A stretch of 64,000 nucleotides of DNA from Octopus bimaculoides (lineage: Eukaryota), in the NCBI RefSeq assembly GCF_001194135.2, contig NC_068985.1, forward strand, positions 49,816,886 to 49,880,885. Reading direction: 5' to 3'. Both the position numbers and the translations under genes were made by a program. This document shows, piece by piece, positions 60,870-64,000 of the stretch. Position 1 is the stretch's first letter. Every line of letters begins with the position of its first letter. The notes under the pieces were generated by a model that was not told the DNA's origin, made no database searches, and was given only the letters and a program-made list of their open reading frames with translations.

Positions 60870-63330
60870 AACGTTCTAGATCACAATTCCTTCAATAATG
60901 TTTTAAACTTCGACAAGAATTAGCTTCGATTGAAGGCACCTTCATCATACTTAATTGTTAGTTCCACATGTAAAGAAGTCTAATTTTCATTTACAGCAAT
61001 TAAATGGACAACACTGGATATAGCGAGAACAGGATTGGTGCAAGGACGTCCACATGCTTCTCACCAGTTTTTACCTCAAATGATGGTAATGCCGATCCCT
61101 TTGACAGCACCGAACACTCTATATTGTCATGAAGAGAGTGAATGATAAAAAGGAATTTTGGTGGAATGAAAACTTTCTAAGGTATTTTCCACGGTACTTT
61201 ACGGCATATGCTGTAAAAAAGGTTGGATCAAACCAAAAAGTGTGTTGATTTGTGGTGTTCTTAGGATGATTTTTTCTTGCAGTTGACAGGTGGCAAAAAT
61301 CTTATCTGCTGTGCTACATCCACGATGAAATCTGTTCTGTGATGCAAGGCGTACAGATTGGTGGGAGACGTTCTAACAATCTTATTAGAATGTCCCCTAC
61401 CAATAGCCGAATTTGTATTCCTTGTGAACATTTTCTCAGCAATCGAGAGTCGAAAATCTCCTACAATTGTCAATCGCTCGATCTCTTTACTTGAAAATTG
61501 TCACGATTGGGCCATGTTTGAAGTCAGATTGAATTTGATTTCGTCATACTAATCCCAATTATCAGCTTTTTGAAATCCAAGAAATTCAGAAGAGACATCA
61601 TGACTTAATTTGCAATTCACCTTATGACGATGGATCCTGGATCGATGAAAGATGTTCCTGGAAAACTTCTTACGCATCAGGATCTTTAAGCTTTCCCACA
61701 CAGATACATTTTGGTAGGGTTTCATTGTTAGTCTGTCTGTATATAGGATGTCATTTAAAGTTTTGCTTTAACAAATGCATGACCTGACCAACAGTCTGTG
61801 TTATAGGGAGTTAGATTTGTTATTCGTCTGACGTCTCATGTTTCAATGTGGTTCGTCTGAGTTCTTTGTTTTCGTTGTTGTTCTGAATGACTGGGGTAGT
61901 AAAATGTCATTGATATATATGGCGGACATGACTTTTGTTTATTAACACATCGAACTTTCGGTGAGTGCGTTCTTTGTATGTAATTGAATAATAAATGTAA
62001 TAATTAAATTGTACAACTCGTTGTCCTTTCTCTGCGAGTCTCCCGAGAGGAATACAACAGTCTGCCTCTTTAAAGGAATGCACGTTAAGTACATCTTTTA
62101 TATCTCATTGCCAAACAATTACAAAATCAATTACATGCCACTGTTTGGATCGAGGATGCATCCATGCCATAACGTAACATTTTTTATGTATAAACTGGGT
62201 ACTTGATATAAATATGTCTGTAAAATATAGGTGTGATAGTTGTCATAGAGACTTCAGTCTCTCTCTATCACCTTTCAACAGCATTATGAATGAAGAGACA
62301 TCAGAACAATTAACAATATATAAAAAGGTTTTATTTATGATGATACTTGGTTATACAAATTCCTGTCATTCTGCTTAGCCGCCGCTGATTAAATTGTAGT
62401 TGGTAAGGGAAGGTTAAGGTCTTCCTTGATGCCTGCCAGAGAAGAAAGTAGCTATTACATCGATAGCATCATGGTGAAAAGTACTTCGTGGAGGAGCGAG
62501 GTGTTGTCATGCAGAAGGTCTGCGCTCAACTCGCTAAGATAATGAAAGTAACTGCTTAAGTACGATTTTTACTACGCATGCGCAACTCGAGGGGCAGAAT
62601 AGTACTTCCTCAATGGCGGCTCTAATTTCGCGCCACTACATGTCTATATCTGTGCAAAGTTGAAGGAGTAGCCAACCATTATCATTTATTTTCCCAACCT
62701 CATACCTTCCAAGACATCTCCAGGTGTTTCAGTCAGTGCCAACTCTAGCTTGAAAGTCACCAAGTAAAATAATTCTATCAAAATTAGCAATACCACGCAC
62801 TCTCTTAAAACTTCATAAAATTCGAGTTTTGCCTTTTCACTGCTTTCTAGATTCGGTGCATATGTACTTATACTTGTCGCATAGCGATCACCTCTTCATT
62901 TCATGTGTAGAGCCATAGTTCTCTCATTAATACCCTTGGTGAGTCACTCAACTTTGACTCTATCTAATTTTTAATGACCAAGCCTTACACACTTCCATAC
63001 GTTGTCCATCTTCTCCATTCCAAAATATTGTATACCCTGCGTCTCGTTCTGCGACATGACCATCACCCAATAAACAGCTCTCTGAGAGTGCAGCAATATC
63101 TACAGAATATTTTCGTAGCTCGTTCGCAAGAATGGCTGTTTTACGCTCAGGACAAGCACCTGCATTATCAGCTAACGAACGAACATTAGTTTTAGTATTA
63201 TTAATTCCATTGTTTCGAGCACTGTATGGACATCTGCCTGCTGCACTAAACTGAACAGATTTTTGAGGTAAGCGAATTTGGGGTTGCCTTTTCTAAACCC
63301 TCCCAAATATTTTGGTGAGTAGTGCTGTCC
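60870..63330 (-). mobile_element. Decayed BovB-like RTE LINE (APE endonuclease plus RT N-half)
   Basis: Minus: PERKTAILANELRKYSVDIAALSE, GINER, STYAP, IILLGDFQARVG, MHPRSKQWHVIDFVIV, SIAEK, STADKIFATCQLQEK, VLAPILFSLY; many frameshifts and small insertions. Confidence 0.85.
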
Positions 63331-63949
63331 CTAAAAAAGCGCTGCTCTGACACTTAATAGAGAAATCTAATCCCATGACCTTGGGTTGATGGGGAAGCAA
63401 ATTTACACCTACCAAAAGGCCGCCTTTGTGCAGGTTGGTGACTAGATACTTTCAGCCCGTCAGGTTTATATCGAATGCCACCTTCTTCTCACCACAGGTC
63501 TTGTGACAAAAAATGAATAAATAAAAAGACAAAAGGACAGCAAAATTACAAAAGAACATAAAAGAACAATAAGACAGCAATGAAGATAACACAATGATGT
63601 CAGAAAAACCAGTGCAGAATTTAAATCTTGAGCAATTTGCACAACATTGCAAAAACTTTCCCTAGTAGTGCTAAGTACTTCAAAGACAAGCTGAAGCTAG
63701 ATATTTGACTCAGTAATTCTAATGGATGTTACATTAAAGAATCCTTCTACTCTTTCTCAATCAAAAATGACCTGTAAGATAGCAGGTGTCTAAGAACATA
63801 AAGTATATAAATATATATTGAAACAATGTAAAAAAAATATACATTCGTAAAGTATAAAATTTAAAAATATAGGAAATATAAACTATATACATATCTACAC
63901 AATGCTGAATGGCCGTTGACTCTCTTTCTCTCTCTCTCTTTCACACACA

Positions 63950-64000
<51 letters not shown>

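Noticed and set aside
1-64000. CRISPR arrays, prophage or operon-type systems
   Set aside because: Eukaryotic intron-exon DNA; no regularly spaced repeat-spacer arrays or prokaryotic genes seen

Overview
AT-rich, microsatellite- and retroposon-dense eukaryotic (metazoan) genomic scaffold with six N gaps. The SINE/RTE/(AT)n landscape strongly suggests an octopus or other coleoid cephalopod (inference). Two conserved multi-exon genes lie head-to-head. PAXIP1/PTIP is on the minus strand: 7 coding exons at 22005..1079, BRCT1-2 plus a polyP/polyQ linker, continuing off the left edge. DCAF7/WDR68 is on the plus strand: 8 coding exons at 32830..45499, a complete 347-aa WD40 protein. The rest is transposon debris: mariner copies, a long decayed Helitron Rep fossil between the two promoters, a non-autonomous Helitron, RTE-, BovB- and R4/Dong-like LINE pieces, hAT and piggyBac-like MITEs, and many tRNA-derived SINEs. 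The most notable non-obvious signals are a U12-type (minor spliceosome) intron in PAXIP1, several Penelope-type minimal hammerhead-ribozyme motifs (one pair inside a 520-bp foldback next to a DCAF7 exon), long intronic hairpins near exons, a SINE that appears to supply a DCAF7 branch point, and an unexplained GC-rich island flanked by mosaic duplications. I found no convincing wholly new multi-gene system. All alignments and translations were done by eye.
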